Assembly: GCF_001194135.2 (NCBI RefSeq)
Contig: NC_069005.1
Coordinates: forward strand, 30,787,372-30,824,807
Length of the DNA stretch: 37,436 nucleotides
Origin: Octopus bimaculoides
Lineage: Eukaryota
Direction of reading: 5' to 3'
The notes under the pieces are model-generated. The model did no database searches and was not told the origin of the DNA. It saw only the letters and a program-made list of their open reading frames with translations. The number at the start of each line of letters is the position of its first letter. Positions within the stretch are counted from its first letter, which is position 1. A program made the translations under genes and the position numbers. Shown piece by piece: positions 1-11,374 of this stretch.

Positions 1-32
1 AAAAAAAAAAAAAAAAAAATGAAATCACTCCA

Positions 33-165
33 AGCCGGCGGATCCATTAGCGCATCAGACAAAATGCTTCATGCCATCTGGTTCTTTATGTTCTGAGTTC
101 AAATACTGCTGAGGTCAGCTTTATACTTAATCGTTTCAGGGTCGATCACAAAGTACCATCAAACT
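33..165 (+). mobile_element. Family A tRNA-derived SINE, degenerate 5'/central part
   Basis: Matches the reverse complement of the many family A copies in this window (gttctgagttcaaat B-box-like motif, gaggtcagcttt, ggggtcgat...aagtacca). Boundaries approximate. Confidence 0.65.
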
Positions 166-196
166 ACGTGGCTTCGGACACTTTTATAGGTGCAAG

Positions 197-335
197 CATG
201 ACTGTGTGGTAAAGGGCTTGCTTCCTAGCCACATGGTTCCAGGTTCAGTCCCATTGTGTGGCACCTTAAGCAAGTGTCTATTACTATAACCTCAGGCCTG
301 TGGGTTTGATAGGACACGGAAAGAAGCCCATCATG
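197..335 (+). mobile_element. Family B tRNA-derived SINE, 5' part
   Basis: gactgtgtggtaaagggcttgcttcctagccacatggttccaggttcagtcccattgtgtggcaccttaagcaagtgtct matches the head of the fuller copy at 25984-26345; followed by a (TATG)n tract. Confidence 0.75.
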
Positions 336-488
336 TATGTATGTATGTATGTATGTATGTATGTATACGTGCGAGTATTTTCGTGCACATATTTATCCCC
401 CCAGTGTTGGTTTGTTCACATCCCTCTTAGTGGTTCAGCAAAAAGAACCCGATGAAATAAGTACCCGGCTTAACAAAAAAAAAAAAAA

Positions 489-1023
489 NNNNNNNNNNNN
501 NNNNNNNNNNNNNNNNNNNNNNNNNNNNNNNNNNNNNNNNNNNNNNNNNNNNNNNNNNNNNNNNNNNNNNNNNNNNNNNNNNNNNNNNNNNNNNNNNNNN
601 NNNNNNNNNNNNNNNNNNNNNNNNNNNNNNNNNNNNNNNNNNNNNNNNNNNNNNNNNNNNNNNNNNNNNNNNNNNNNNNNNNNNNNNNNNNNNNNNNNNN
701 NNNNNNNNNNNNNNNNNNNNNNNNNNNNNNNNNNNNNNNNNNNNNNNNNNNNNNNNNNNNNNNNNNNNNNNNNNNNNNNNNNNNNNNNNNNNNNNNNNNN
801 NNNNNNNNNNNNNNNNNNNNNNNNNNNNNNNNNNNNNNNNNNNNNNNNNNNNNNNNNNNNNNNNNNNNNNNNNNNNNNNNNNNNNNNNNNNNNNNNNNNN
901 NNNNNNNNNNNNNNNNNNNNNNNNNNNNNNNNNNNNNNNNNNNNNNNNNNNNNNNNNNNNNNNNNNNNNNNNNNNNNNNNNNNNNNNNNNNNNNNNNNNN
1001 NNNNNNNNNNNNNNNNNNNNNNN
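489..1023. other. Assembly gap. Other N-gaps: 2848-2857, 8693-9159, 19667-19684, 20777-21045, 24768-25273, 28107-28259, 31672-31967
   Basis: N runs read directly from the sequence; most abut microsatellites or lie inside SINEs, typical of short-read scaffolds. Confidence 0.99.
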
Positions 1024-1183
1024 GACAATGAGAAATAAGCCCCCCAGCCCCGATCAGGTAGAATTCATCATTGTTATCATCTACTTTTCAAAGCTTGCAT
1101 GAGTCATACAGATGTATTTTGAGGCAGGTTTTCAACAGTTGGATGTCCTTCCTGTAGCTAAATGTCATGGTAACCGTTTCCAT

Positions 1184-1332
1184 GGAAGCACGAAGCTTAG
1201 TAGTAAGGGTGTTGGACTCACAATTGTAAGATTGTGGTTTCAATTCCTGGACCAGGTGATACATTGTGTTCTTGAGCAAAAACGCTTTACTTCACGTTGC
1301 TCCAGTTCATTCAGCTGTAGAAATGAGTACCA
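1184..1332 (+). mobile_element. Family C tRNA-derived SINE (head plus CORE-like central box)
   Basis: A-box-like gcttagtagtaagg, B-box-like ggtttcaattcc, then ttgtgttcttgagcaaaacgctttacttcacgttgctccagttcattcagctgtagaaatgagt as in the copy at 22977. The CORE-like assignment is from recalled similarity. Confidence 0.75.
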
Positions 1333-1335
1333 CAA

Positions 1336-1765
1336 GTGGAGGTGTGTCGTTTAGTGCAGGGGTTTTCAAACTTTTTGACTTGCGGACCCCTTTATATTTC
1401 AGGCTTTACCTTAAAGACCCCCTTATAAACGCTTATGAAATTTATACATAAATATTTGCTTAAAATATCATATATTTTTACATTTATTTATTTAACAGTA
1501 TTTAACAAATAGGTTTATTGTCAATTAAAAGATTTCGATTAAAAAAACATATATAAAATCAAATTGCCCATAAAAAGTCTTGTCCTTGTGGACCCCCTGT
1601 GGTCCGGGGACCACAGTTTGAAAACCCCTGGTTTAGTGGTTAGGGTGCTGGGTTCACGACGATAAGATTGTGATTCCATCCCTGGACCTGACGATCCATT
1701 GTGTTCTTGAGCAAAACGCTTCATTTCATGTTGCTTGAGTCCACTCAGTTGTAGAAATGAGTTTA
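1336..1765 (+). mobile_element. Second family C SINE, directly downstream of the first and interrupted in its A-box by a hAT MITE
   Basis: Removing 1357-1630 plus one TSD restores gtggaggtgtgtcgtttagtggttagggtgctgggttcacgacgataagattgtgattccatccctggacc...ttgtgttcttgagcaaaacgcttcatttcatgttgc. Confidence 0.75.
1357..1630. mobile_element. hAT-superfamily (Charlie-like) MITE, 274 bp
   Basis: Perfect 16-bp TIRs caggggttttcaaact / agtttgaaaacccctg; perfect 8-bp TSD gtttagtg at 1349-1356 and 1631-1638; AT-rich non-coding interior. Confidence 0.92.
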
Positions 1766-2382
1766 GCCCTGAGAGGGGTGGGCTCCGCCAGGCTTTCTTC
1801 CATCGCTATGCTGCATGGCTGCAGCACCCTGACTTCCCCCATGGGGTTAAGGGACCTGTCAACTGTTTCCAGATGAGGAAATATTTCTCCCAATGCCAGA
1901 TAGGTTTTTCATACAAGACTAGAAACAAAAAAAAAAAACATGGTTTGTATATCGGTGATACTCATTTGCAGCCATCACATGATGTCTGGGCAAGGATTTC
2001 ATCTCAGCCTTTTTTGTTTCAGACCTCATGGCACCAGGGTTACATTTTCCAAAATCCAATCAATTTTTTTTGATGATTTTGAAACAGTAGGGTTATGCAA
2101 ATTGATGAAATTTGGCTGCTGTTTCTAGCAGATTCAGTGACCATGTAGAGGCACACCCCGTCAGCTTGACTCGACACTGATTAGATTAATTAGGCCACAG
2201 AGGCTATCAATTACATCTTAGTGAGCAGCTATCTGATCAGTTCTCTAATCTTCGTTTCATGGGGTGCTCCTACTGTTATCTACCCTGTATAATCTAGGGT
2301 ATCTGATATAAAAATAATAACAACAATAATCCTTAAAATTGGGAGGGGGGGAGACAGTCATAAAAGCAAACATTAATACATT

Positions 2383-2384
<2 letters not shown>

Positions 2385-2416
<32 letters not shown>

Positions 2417-2806
2417 CTTCAGTTAGCTTTTGAGTAACAGAATTTAATTCTGTTCTGCTAGCTCACCAATTTTACACAACAACATCAATAACAATTTCCA
2501 AATTGGTGGAAAGAGAGGAACCTACAATAACCCATTTAAACAAACCAAATAAAAAAAAAAAAGACTCATCCCTCCTCTTACTTTTCCCCCTCCCTCTACC
2601 ACCTTCTCTTCTCTCCCACTACCTCTCTCTCTCTGTGTCTCTTTCTTCCAGGTTCCCTGCATTTGTTGTGCTGTGTTTTCTCAAGCATCAGAATAGGATG
2701 TGGGTCCCAAATAGCATCCTTCTCTGTGCTCCTCCTCCTCATCATCATATCAATACAGAAACCAATTCGATTTGTATATGTTGGCTTTCGATTTGTTTAT
2801 TTGAAT

Positions 2807-2847
<41 letters not shown>

Positions 2848-2857
2848 NNNNNNNNNN

Positions 2858-2901
<44 letters not shown>

Positions 2902-2993
2902 ATCTGGGATACACAGTTTACAGTGTCTTACTTCAATTTTTAGGATGGATGACAGACAATCAATAGTTTAGTTTAAAGAATTTATACATACTT

Positions 2994-3025
<32 letters not shown>

Positions 3026-3530
3026 TTACATACATAGGAGATGGGGCTCTGAATGTAGAAATGAAGACGTGTATAGATGTGTGTGTGAATACGTGTATTC
3101 ATGTATATGAGTATGTATGCATAACTGTGCGTGTGTGTGTACATATACAGACTTTGTGTGAGTGTGTATGTACATAGTGTTTCAGTATAAATGCATATGT
3201 GTGGAGGTGTATGAACGTATACATGTGTATGAATACATGTGTACATGCATATGTGTGAGTATAAATGCATAGATGCATGTGTGCATGTATGTATGAATAT
3301 ATGCACATGTGCTTGAGTAAACATGTTTATGTGTATCATATATATATATATATGTATATATATGTATGTATGTATTTGTGTGTTTCTTTATATATGATAA
3401 AAAAGGTTCCTCGCTCAGAATATTGTTGAAACTGAGTCATAACTTGTTGCAGAACAATTTTAATAAAAATTCTTCCATGCAAACAAACATGCTGTATACA
3501 AACCAATAACACACACACACACACACACAC

Positions 3531-3565
<35 letters not shown>

Positions 3566-3694
3566 GGGAGTTGGGCATACTGAATATAGCATAACAGTCT
3601 GAAACCCAAACTAAACCCAATTACCCCACAGCTAATCTTCAAAGGGACCAGTCAACGTCATGCTTTTCAATTTGAGTGATATTATTATAATGAC

Positions 3695-3731
<37 letters not shown>

Positions 3732-4250
3732 GTCAGTAGTAATAGTAGTGGTGGTGGCAGTGGTGGTTGACCTTCAACCTGTAGCAGTTATATAAATATA
3801 GCTGCATCTTTTATTTAATCACTTGTAGCAATGGCTAAACCTCAACACATATATTATAATTGATTATATATTTGTGTGTGTGGGGTGGGGGGCATGTATA
3901 TATATATATATAATACAGGTTTATATGCATTTATATGCATGTATATATACATATATATAGATGCATATATATATAAATACACAGACATGCATAGACATAC
4001 AGAAATATACAAGCATGTATATACACATACATTAATATGCACACACATGTATCCAGATATATACACATGTCCACAATACATACACATATGTACATACACA
4101 CACATTCACACTTGTACACATACACACATATTCACACTTGTACACATACACATGTCCACAAACACACATTCACACTTGTACACATATCCACATACATACA
4201 CATCTACACACATACATATATACCCCTACCACACACACACATACATGTGC
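2385..4250. repeat. Microsatellite and low-complexity block: (CA)n, (TG)n spanning a gap, (TA)n, (TAT)n, degenerate TG/CA tracts; ttcacacttgtacacata x3 near 4105-4186
   Basis: Direct reading of the sequence. Confidence 0.9.
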
Positions 4251-4277
4251 ATAACTGGCAGTAACTTTATGACTTAC

Positions 4278-4361
4278 AGTCAACATAAACATCGAAGCCA
4301 AACAAACCAACCCTGCCGATTCCATCAATAGAACTCCAAACAAACCATTCACGCTCATCCA
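4278..4361 (-). CDS. Candidate 84-nt internal exon, phase 1/1, peptide xDEREWFVWSSIDGIGRVGLFGFDVYVD (gene unknown)
   Basis: On minus: ctgat...gtgcatattccag| acceptor and |gtaagt donor; open frame; non-repetitive island between microsatellites. No homology support available. Confidence 0.25.
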
Positions 4362-4727
4362 CTGGAATATGCACTTTATCAGGGCACCATTCCAACCATT
4401 ATTTATGCACAATACTGTAACACAGGCACTAATGAAGAATTTCCATTGAGGAACTACAATAGAGAGCTGATTTGGCCCCCGCAGACAGATTTCTTCAATT
4501 CTAGTTTTTTTAGGGACTGAATTCTGAATATGATATCGATTTCTAACAAAGATGAAAAATCCGCAAAATTAGTAAGTTTGGATATAGTTGATTATATTGA
4601 CCCCTATTATAGATTGGTATCTTATTTTATCAATAACAAATGGAAGGAGATAAAGCTATCGAAAAAAAAAAAATCTATTTGATCGATCTCGGCAGGATTT
4701 GTGCTTTCAATGTTAATGGAACCAAAC

Positions 4728-4763
<36 letters not shown>

Positions 4764-4765
<2 letters not shown>

Positions 4766-4963
4766 TTCAAATTTTACCACTAGGGCAGCCATTTTAGGGG
4801 AAGGGATGAGTCGATTACTTCGACCCCAGTGTTTCACTGGTACTTATTTTATCGATGCCGAACGGATGAAAGGCAAAGTTGACCTCAGCGGAACTTGAAC
4901 TCAGAACATAAAGTTGGATGAAACGCCACGAAGCATTTTATCCAACATACTAACAATTCTGCC

Positions 4964-5001
<38 letters not shown>

Positions 5002-5670
5002 TAATAATAATAATAATGATAATAATAATAATAATGATGATGATGATAATGTTGTCTATTTACTTTTGTGAGGAGTTATGTCAATCCTTTTAAAATAATA
5101 ATGATAATAATAATCCTTTCTATTATTGGCAGAAGGCTTGAATTTTGTAGGGAGGGATTTAGTCGATTACATCAACCCCCAGTGTTCAATTGGTACTTAT
5201 TTTATCGACCCTGAAGGGGTAAAAGGCAAAGTCGACCTCAATGAAATTTGAGCTCAGAAAGTAAAGATGGACAAAATGTCGCTAAGCATTTTGCCCAGCA
5301 TGCTAACAATTCTGCCAGCTTACCATCTTATTCTTAGAATAATAATAACAATAATAATAATCTTTTCTACTAAAGGCACAAGGCCTAAAATTTAGTGGGA
5401 GGGGACTAGTCACTGAAAGGCAAAGTCAACCTTGGCAGATTTGGAACTCAGAATGTAGTAATGGGTGAAATACCCCTAAGCATTTTGCCCAGCATGCTAA
5501 TGATTCTGTCAGCTCACCGGCTTACCTTCCTATTATAAGCACAAGGCCTGAAATTTTGAGGGCAGGAGCTAGTCAATTATGCCAACTCCAGTACTCAACT
5601 GGTACTTATTTCATCAACCCCGAAAGAATGAAAGGTTAAGTTAACCTCAAGTGGATTTGAACTCAGAACC
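4764..5670 (-). mobile_element. Chain of four family A SINE copies in one orientation (about 4764-4964, 5113-5327, 5360-5520 internally deleted, 5526-5670 partial), separated by (TAA)n/(TGA)n
   Basis: Each copy shows, on plus, part or all of ggcacaaggcctgaaatttt...ggtacttattttatcgacc...ggcaaagttgacctc...ttgaactcagaa...gcattttgcccagcatgctaac.attctgccagct. Confidence 0.85.
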
Positions 5671-6202
5671 TACAATGAAATAACAAAATAGTGCAATCCA
5701 TTCTCTCTGTAAATCTATGAAATTTCTGCCAATTCATCACAAGTTGTTAACCAAATATTGATTCTAGCAATAGAGCAACTCACAGACATCACAAGCGTTC
5801 TCATTGCTAAGCATTGTTTGAAACTAACTGGTCAATAGATCAATGCCGTGACTAATAAATACTGCAGTATTGGTCAGTGTTCGACAATCATTGGCTGAAG
5901 AGAGGTAACTGTGTCAAGGAGGTGACCATTGATACTGCAATGGTGGTCCCACACTCACCAAATACCCATGGACAAGACTGGATGGTGGTCAAACTCCCAC
6001 ATATGATAGGTTGCAGACAATTTTGAAAAGCTCAGGGAAAAAGATTTCGACCAAATGACAAACTGTATGGCAGTTTTCTTGCAATTGCTAATGTCAGTAG
6101 GGAAAGAAAGAAAGGGAGACAAGGGGACGAGGGAAAGAGAGATAGAGGGAGAGATAGAAGTAGAGACAGAGAGAGGGAAACTCGGCTTGCGAAGACCTGT
6201 TG

Positions 6203-6606
6203 GGGCAAGCAAAAGCGAAATAGTTATGGCACCTGTGCCCAGCGTCGCCTTCCTGGCACCTGTGCCCAGCGTCGCCTTCCTGGCACTTGTGCCGGTGGCA
6301 CGTGTAAAGACACTTGAGGGAGATTGTTGCCAGTGCCACTGGACTGGCTCCTGTGCAGGTGGCACGTAAAATACACCATTTTGAGCTTGGCCGTTGCCAG
6401 TACCGCCTGGCTGGCCTTCGTGCCGGTGGCACATAAAAGCACCTACTACACTCTCGGAGTGGTTGGCGTTAGGAAGGGCATTCAGCTGTAGAAACTCTGC
6501 CAAATCAGATTGGAGCCTGATGTAGCCATCTGGTTTCACCAGTCCTCAGTCAAATCGTCCAACCCATGCTAGCATGGAAACCAGACGTTAAACGATGATG
6601 ATGATG
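6203..6606 (+). mobile_element. Non-autonomous retroposon with RTE-like 3' end and (GAT)n tail; contains a perfect 27-bp tandem duplication at 6228-6281
   Basis: Ends gtggttggcgttaggaagggcattcagctgtagaaac...aacccatgctagcatggaaaccagacgttaaacgatgatgatgatg. Internal motif gtgccggtggcac recurs at 6290 and 6421, with a variant near 6352. RTE affinity is from recalled 3'-end similarity. Confidence 0.7.
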
Positions 6607-7189
6607 TTGAGTTTGTGTGTATTACGCGTGTGTGTGCATGTGCGCATGCACATGTAAGTGTATACATACACTAACATATATATAAATTCTTAGGATTGTA
6701 AGTGAAATGAAATATTTTTTCAAGATTGGCAATTTGATTTGAGATATATACACACATACGTATGCATGTATTTTTATATATATTCTTTTAAGATAGGCTA
6801 TGTGATTATTATAATATACACATATAATAGACATAGTTGTAGTTTTGTACTTTTATACGCAAAAGCCAATGGGATATTTCTATATAATACCGAAAAATCA
6901 CAATCTTATAGAAACGTGTAGAGTCTTGTATGTGAGAGTTTTATGGTCGTACATTAGTAACTATATCAACACAGTAAGTATCCATGTAGATAGCAATCTA
7001 AGTTAATGCCAGTGAGTGATCCTCCTTCAGTGAAGAATCTAATTTCATTGAGGATTGGTTACAGATATTCCTTAAGATTATTAATATTTATACTGAATGC
7101 GATGTGAAAACAGGGCATGGATGGAGGTGATAGTGCGGTTGCTGCAGTATAAATACACACACACAGTTTTACTAATAAACACATACATA

Positions 7190-7323
7190 CTCGCTCACAA
7201 TTATACATATATATACAGACATGAACACACACGTGTACTTCCACATGCAAATTCACTTGCATTCATATACATACACATATCTGTGTGCTTATACACATAC
7301 TTATAGACACACACAATTTTATA

Positions 7324-7402
<79 letters not shown>

Positions 7403-7790
7403 AGGCATACTTATATTCATTCATGTGCATACACACAACATATATATACACATATACACACATACATACATACACACATACATACACACATATATACATA
7501 TACACACATATACATACATCTATACATTTACATATATATATATATATACACATACATACACACACATTGCATATATATACATCCACACACATATACATAC
7601 ACACACAAACTCACATACAGGCATAGACTTACACATACACAACAAATAACACACATACACATGTCCAAAAATATTCATACTTATATACAAACATTAACAT
7701 GCTAACACACATACACATACACTCATACAAGTACTAACACACATAAACACTAACATACACACAAACACTAACATACACTAACATACACAC
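7190..7790. repeat. (TA)n of about 58 bp (7336-7393) within a degenerate CA/TA tract
   Basis: Direct reading; accounts for the YI/HT-repeat ORFs. Confidence 0.9.
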
Positions 7791-7996
7791 CATTTCGCTA
7801 TATCTTCTTTAAAAAGGATTAATTTCCCTTATTAAAAAATACGATGAAAACACCAAAAGATAAAACTATTCTGGAAGTTTCCAAGAGAAACCACTGCCAG
7901 AAGAAAGATGGTATTATCTGCCAAACTAACCAAACTAAGAACTGAGGATTTGGAATAAGAAACCCACGGGGAAGATGTCTATCAGGTCGACAGGGT

Positions 7997-8040
7997 GTGG
8001 AGGTGTGTGCACATGTGGAGGTGTGTGCACATGTGGAGGT
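7997..8040. repeat. 18-bp tandem repeat gtggaggtgtgtgcacat x2.4
   Basis: Two perfect units plus a partial third. Confidence 0.85.
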
Positions 8041-8056
8041 GGGGGATTTAGAGATG

Positions 8057-8093
<37 letters not shown>

Positions 8094-9159
8094 TATTATA
8101 ATCCTTTCTGCTATAGGCACAAGGTCTGAAATTTTGGGGAAAGGGGCTAGGTGATTACATTGATCCCAGCACATAACTGGTACTTATTTCATCAACCCTG
8201 AAAGGATGAATGGGGGGGAAAGAAGGGTAGGATGAGGAAAAGAAAGAGAGATGGATATCGTTGAGGTGAGGAAGAGGGGGGCTGGGATGGTGAGGATGGG
8301 GGAAGGAAGCAGATGAGGAGGAAAGAGAAGCGAAGGTGGAAGACAAAATGTAAGAGGGAGGAAAGCAAGAGAGGAGAGGAAGAGGGTCAAGAGAACGAGA
8401 GGAGGAGGGTGGTGGTGGTGGTGGTGGTGAGAAAGAGAGCAGTGCGGGGTGGGTGGGGGGTGTTTCGGTGGGACTTATCTGTCTCTACATACAATATGTA
8501 ATATAGGATATGATATGGTGATATGGCGATATGGCCAAGCACTGACAGACAGGAAATACAGGACAGATAACCAACAAGAACAAGAAGAACAAGAACCACC
8601 CCAAAGATTATCTTTATCAGAAACTAGAACAGAGCTTAGGAGGGTTCCTACTCTATGCACTATCTGCTGCTTCTCTCTCTCTCTCTCTCTCTNNNNNNNN
8701 NNNNNNNNNNNNNNNNNNNNNNNNNNNNNNNNNNNNNNNNNNNNNNNNNNNNNNNNNNNNNNNNNNNNNNNNNNNNNNNNNNNNNNNNNNNNNNNNNNNN
8801 NNNNNNNNNNNNNNNNNNNNNNNNNNNNNNNNNNNNNNNNNNNNNNNNNNNNNNNNNNNNNNNNNNNNNNNNNNNNNNNNNNNNNNNNNNNNNNNNNNNN
8901 NNNNNNNNNNNNNNNNNNNNNNNNNNNNNNNNNNNNNNNNNNNNNNNNNNNNNNNNNNNNNNNNNNNNNNNNNNNNNNNNNNNNNNNNNNNNNNNNNNNN
9001 NNNNNNNNNNNNNNNNNNNNNNNNNNNNNNNNNNNNNNNNNNNNNNNNNNNNNNNNNNNNNNNNNNNNNNNNNNNNNNNNNNNNNNNNNNNNNNNNNNNN
9101 NNNNNNNNNNNNNNNNNNNNNNNNNNNNNNNNNNNNNNNNNNNNNNNNNNNNNNNNNNN

Positions 9160-9194
<35 letters not shown>

Positions 9195-9647
9195 TATATA
9201 TATACATATATATAATGGGAACAGAGTTAACATAACGGTTCCTTGGAGCCTTTTATCAATCTATCCATGCTTTTTTCTTTCCTGTTTTTGTTTTTTTATA
9301 ATTTGTTATGATCTTAAATGAAGAACAGCAGCAAAAATGATGCTTTTGTAGGGTTTCCAAGAATAGTGTGTGTGTATGTGTGTATGTGTGTATGAAAGAG
9401 AGAAAACAAAGGGACGGCTATCAAGGGTTCTTAACCAGGGTCTATATGGCCCTTAGGGTTCCATGTATGATTTCGTTGTTAAAATTTATTGATTCCTTTA
9501 TACTTCTAGAATATACAAAATTTTTAATTTTTTGGTTGTGTGATAAGACGCTTGCTCCGGAAGAATAATAATAATGATAATAATAAATCTAATTTTTGGC
9601 ACAAGGCCAGTAACTTTGAGGGGAGGGGGAAAAGTTGATTATGACAA

Positions 9648-9947
9648 AGGGTTCCAGTTGATCCGATCAAAAGGAAAAGTCTGCTCATGAAATTAATGTG
9701 CAATTGGCTGAATACTCCACAGATATGCATACCCTTAACATAGTTCTTACGGAGATCCAGTGAGACACAGAGTGTGACAATGCTGGCCCTTTGACTTACA
9801 GGTAGAACTCACCTTTGCCAGCTGAGTGAACTGGAGTAACGGGAAATGAAGTGTCTTGTTCAAGAACACCACGCACCACCAGGAATTGAGCTTACGGCCT
9901 TATGATCATGAGCTGAATATCCTAACCAGTAAGCCACATGCCTTCAC
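9648..9947 (-). mobile_element. Family C SINE with an alternative 3' module
   Basis: Minus strand reads gtgaaggcatgtggcttactggttaggatattcagctcatgatcataagg...gtgttcttgaacaagacacttcatttcccgttactccagttcactcagctggc. Its tail (gatcggatcaactggaaccc) recurs on plus at about 30325-30362. Confidence 0.75.
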
Positions 9948-9949
9948 TC

Positions 9950-10090
9950 AAATACCAGTGATTAACTGGTGCTTATTTTTATCGACCCCAAAAGCTGAAA
10001 GGCGAAGTTGACCTGGGTAAGATTTGAACACAGAAGAAATGATGTGAATAATTTGGTGTAATGTGCTAACGATCTTGGCAGCTTGTTGCC
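9950..10090 (-). mobile_element. Family A SINE fragment. Further minus-strand fragments at about 8098-8210, 9585-9645, 16975-17090, 22170-22320
   Basis: actggtgcttattttatcgaccccaaaagctgaaaggcgaagttgacctggg...tttgaac...gctaacgatcttggcagc. Confidence 0.75.
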
Positions 10091-10752
10091 TTCTAAATTC
10101 CTTACAGTAGTCAGTAAAAGATGAAAGATCAATTTGCCAGCATTGGCAAGGAAAAGTCACATGGTTAGGCATAAAATTATTTGAAGCTTATTTTGTATTT
10201 TTCTTTTTAACTTTTATTTATATTTCGTTTAATTTGGTGCAGGGATGGATGGGGTGTTTCTTCCAAAAGAATTTCATTACAAGAAGCAAGTTTCATATTT
10301 CAAAAGGAATTAAGTAATTTTCAGTTAAATTAGACATAAATAGTAGCTTTATCTAATGAACTGAGTAGGGCTCGTTATGAATTAGAAAACTAATTGCTAT
10401 TGGTTAAATGAATTTTTGTGGTTGTTTTTATAAAAATTGTGTGATTGTTTTTGAGAAAAGAGAGAGAGAGAGCAAGAGTGTATATGTATGTATATAAGAA
10501 TAAGTGTATTAATGTATGTACATATGAATTAATGCACACACAAATGAATGAATGTGTAAGTACAACTGTATATAAGAATGAATGTGTCCATCCATGAATG
10601 TGTACATAAGTGTCCATGAATGAATACATACACATACATGAATGTGTATATATATATGTGTATCCAAATAAATCAAAGGAGTATGCAAGCGCAAATGTAT
10701 ATAAAATTAATGTATAAATGTATGTATAAACGAATGAATGCCCGCATACATG

Positions 10753-10796
<44 letters not shown>

Positions 10797-10875
10797 ATAT
10801 ATACAAATGAAAACATATGCAAGTATACAAATGAATATGTAACTATGACTGTATGTATGTATGTCATTCTTTTAT

Positions 10876-10997
10876 TCTTTTACTTCTTTTAATCATTTGA
10901 CTGTGGCCATGCTGGAGCACCGCATTTAGTCAAGCAAATCAACCCCAGGATTTATTCTTTGTAAGCCTAGTACTTATTCTATCAGTCTCTTTTGCCA
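10876..10997 (-). mobile_element. Family B SINE 3' part
   Basis: Reverse complement of the tail seen at 11790-11960, 16280-16530 and 26200-26345 (catttgactgtggccatgctggagcacc...ccccaggatttattctttgtaagcctagtacttattct). Confidence 0.75.
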
Positions 10998-11030
10998 AAA
11001 TGCCACATGTCTAGACATACTCATATATAT

Positions 11031-11340
11031 TCAAATGATAAACTTCTGGAAAGGTTTACAGATTTTTACAGTTCCTGTGATGGATTGGATCTGTAGTCTT
11101 CGAATTAGCTTTCTCCTGTCTGGTTTTGAGAAGCCTAATTTCTCAAGATTGGTATTTAGGCAGTCTGTTACATATCCCAGGCCCCCAATAATTACAGGTA
11201 TAAACCTGAACTTGTAATCTGGATAGAGTAACTGTAGATATCTCTAAGTACCTAAGTTCAGCACAGGTGTTCTCATTTTCACTGATCTTCATCTTTATGA
11301 TAACATTCGCGGGGCACCTAATTTCCAAAACTGTGCACAT
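11031..11340 (-). mobile_element. 5'-truncated, frameshifted R4/Dong-type non-LTR retrotransposon remnant (C-terminus of the restriction-like endonuclease)
   Basis: Minus translation CTVLEIRCPANVIIKMKISENENTCAEL, a frameshift near 11245-11256, then RYLQLLYPDYKFRFIPVIIGGLGYVTDCLNTNLEKLGFSKPDRRKLIRRLQIQSITGTVKICKPFQKFII* (stop at 11031-11033). This fits the RLE pattern (I/L)E(I/V)xxP...KY..L...IP(V/I)I(I/V)GxLG...LQ....GT..I. Clade assignment is from recall. Confidence 0.75.
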
Positions 11341-11374
11341 TTGTGTGTGTGTGTGTGTGTGTGTAGGCATGTGT

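Noticed and set aside
337-1038. Long ORFs spanning N-gaps (also 8449-9321, 20723-21136, 24659-25527, 27899-28368, 31468-32032)
   Set aside because: Open only because N codons contain no stops.
2652-2810. Strong polypyrimidine acceptor followed by a hydrophobic frame (GSQIASFSVLLLLIIISIQ)
   Set aside because: The pyrimidine tract is a (CT)n microsatellite, the hydrophobic run comes from (CTC)/(ATC) triplets, and there is no good donor before the (TG)n.
2992-4264. YI/HT/CV/ER/SL dipeptide-repeat ORFs here and throughout the window
   Set aside because: Dinucleotide microsatellites lack stop codons in most frames.
4764-5670. Regularly recurring conserved blocks that superficially resemble a repeat-spacer array
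   Set aside because: Blocks are diverged ~200-bp SINE copies with microsatellite spacers, not short identical repeats with unique spacers.
5955-6539. 194-aa minus ORF, the longest gap-free ORF with mixed composition
   Set aside because: Runs across a retroposon, its 27-bp duplication and an (AG)-rich tract; no domain recognised.
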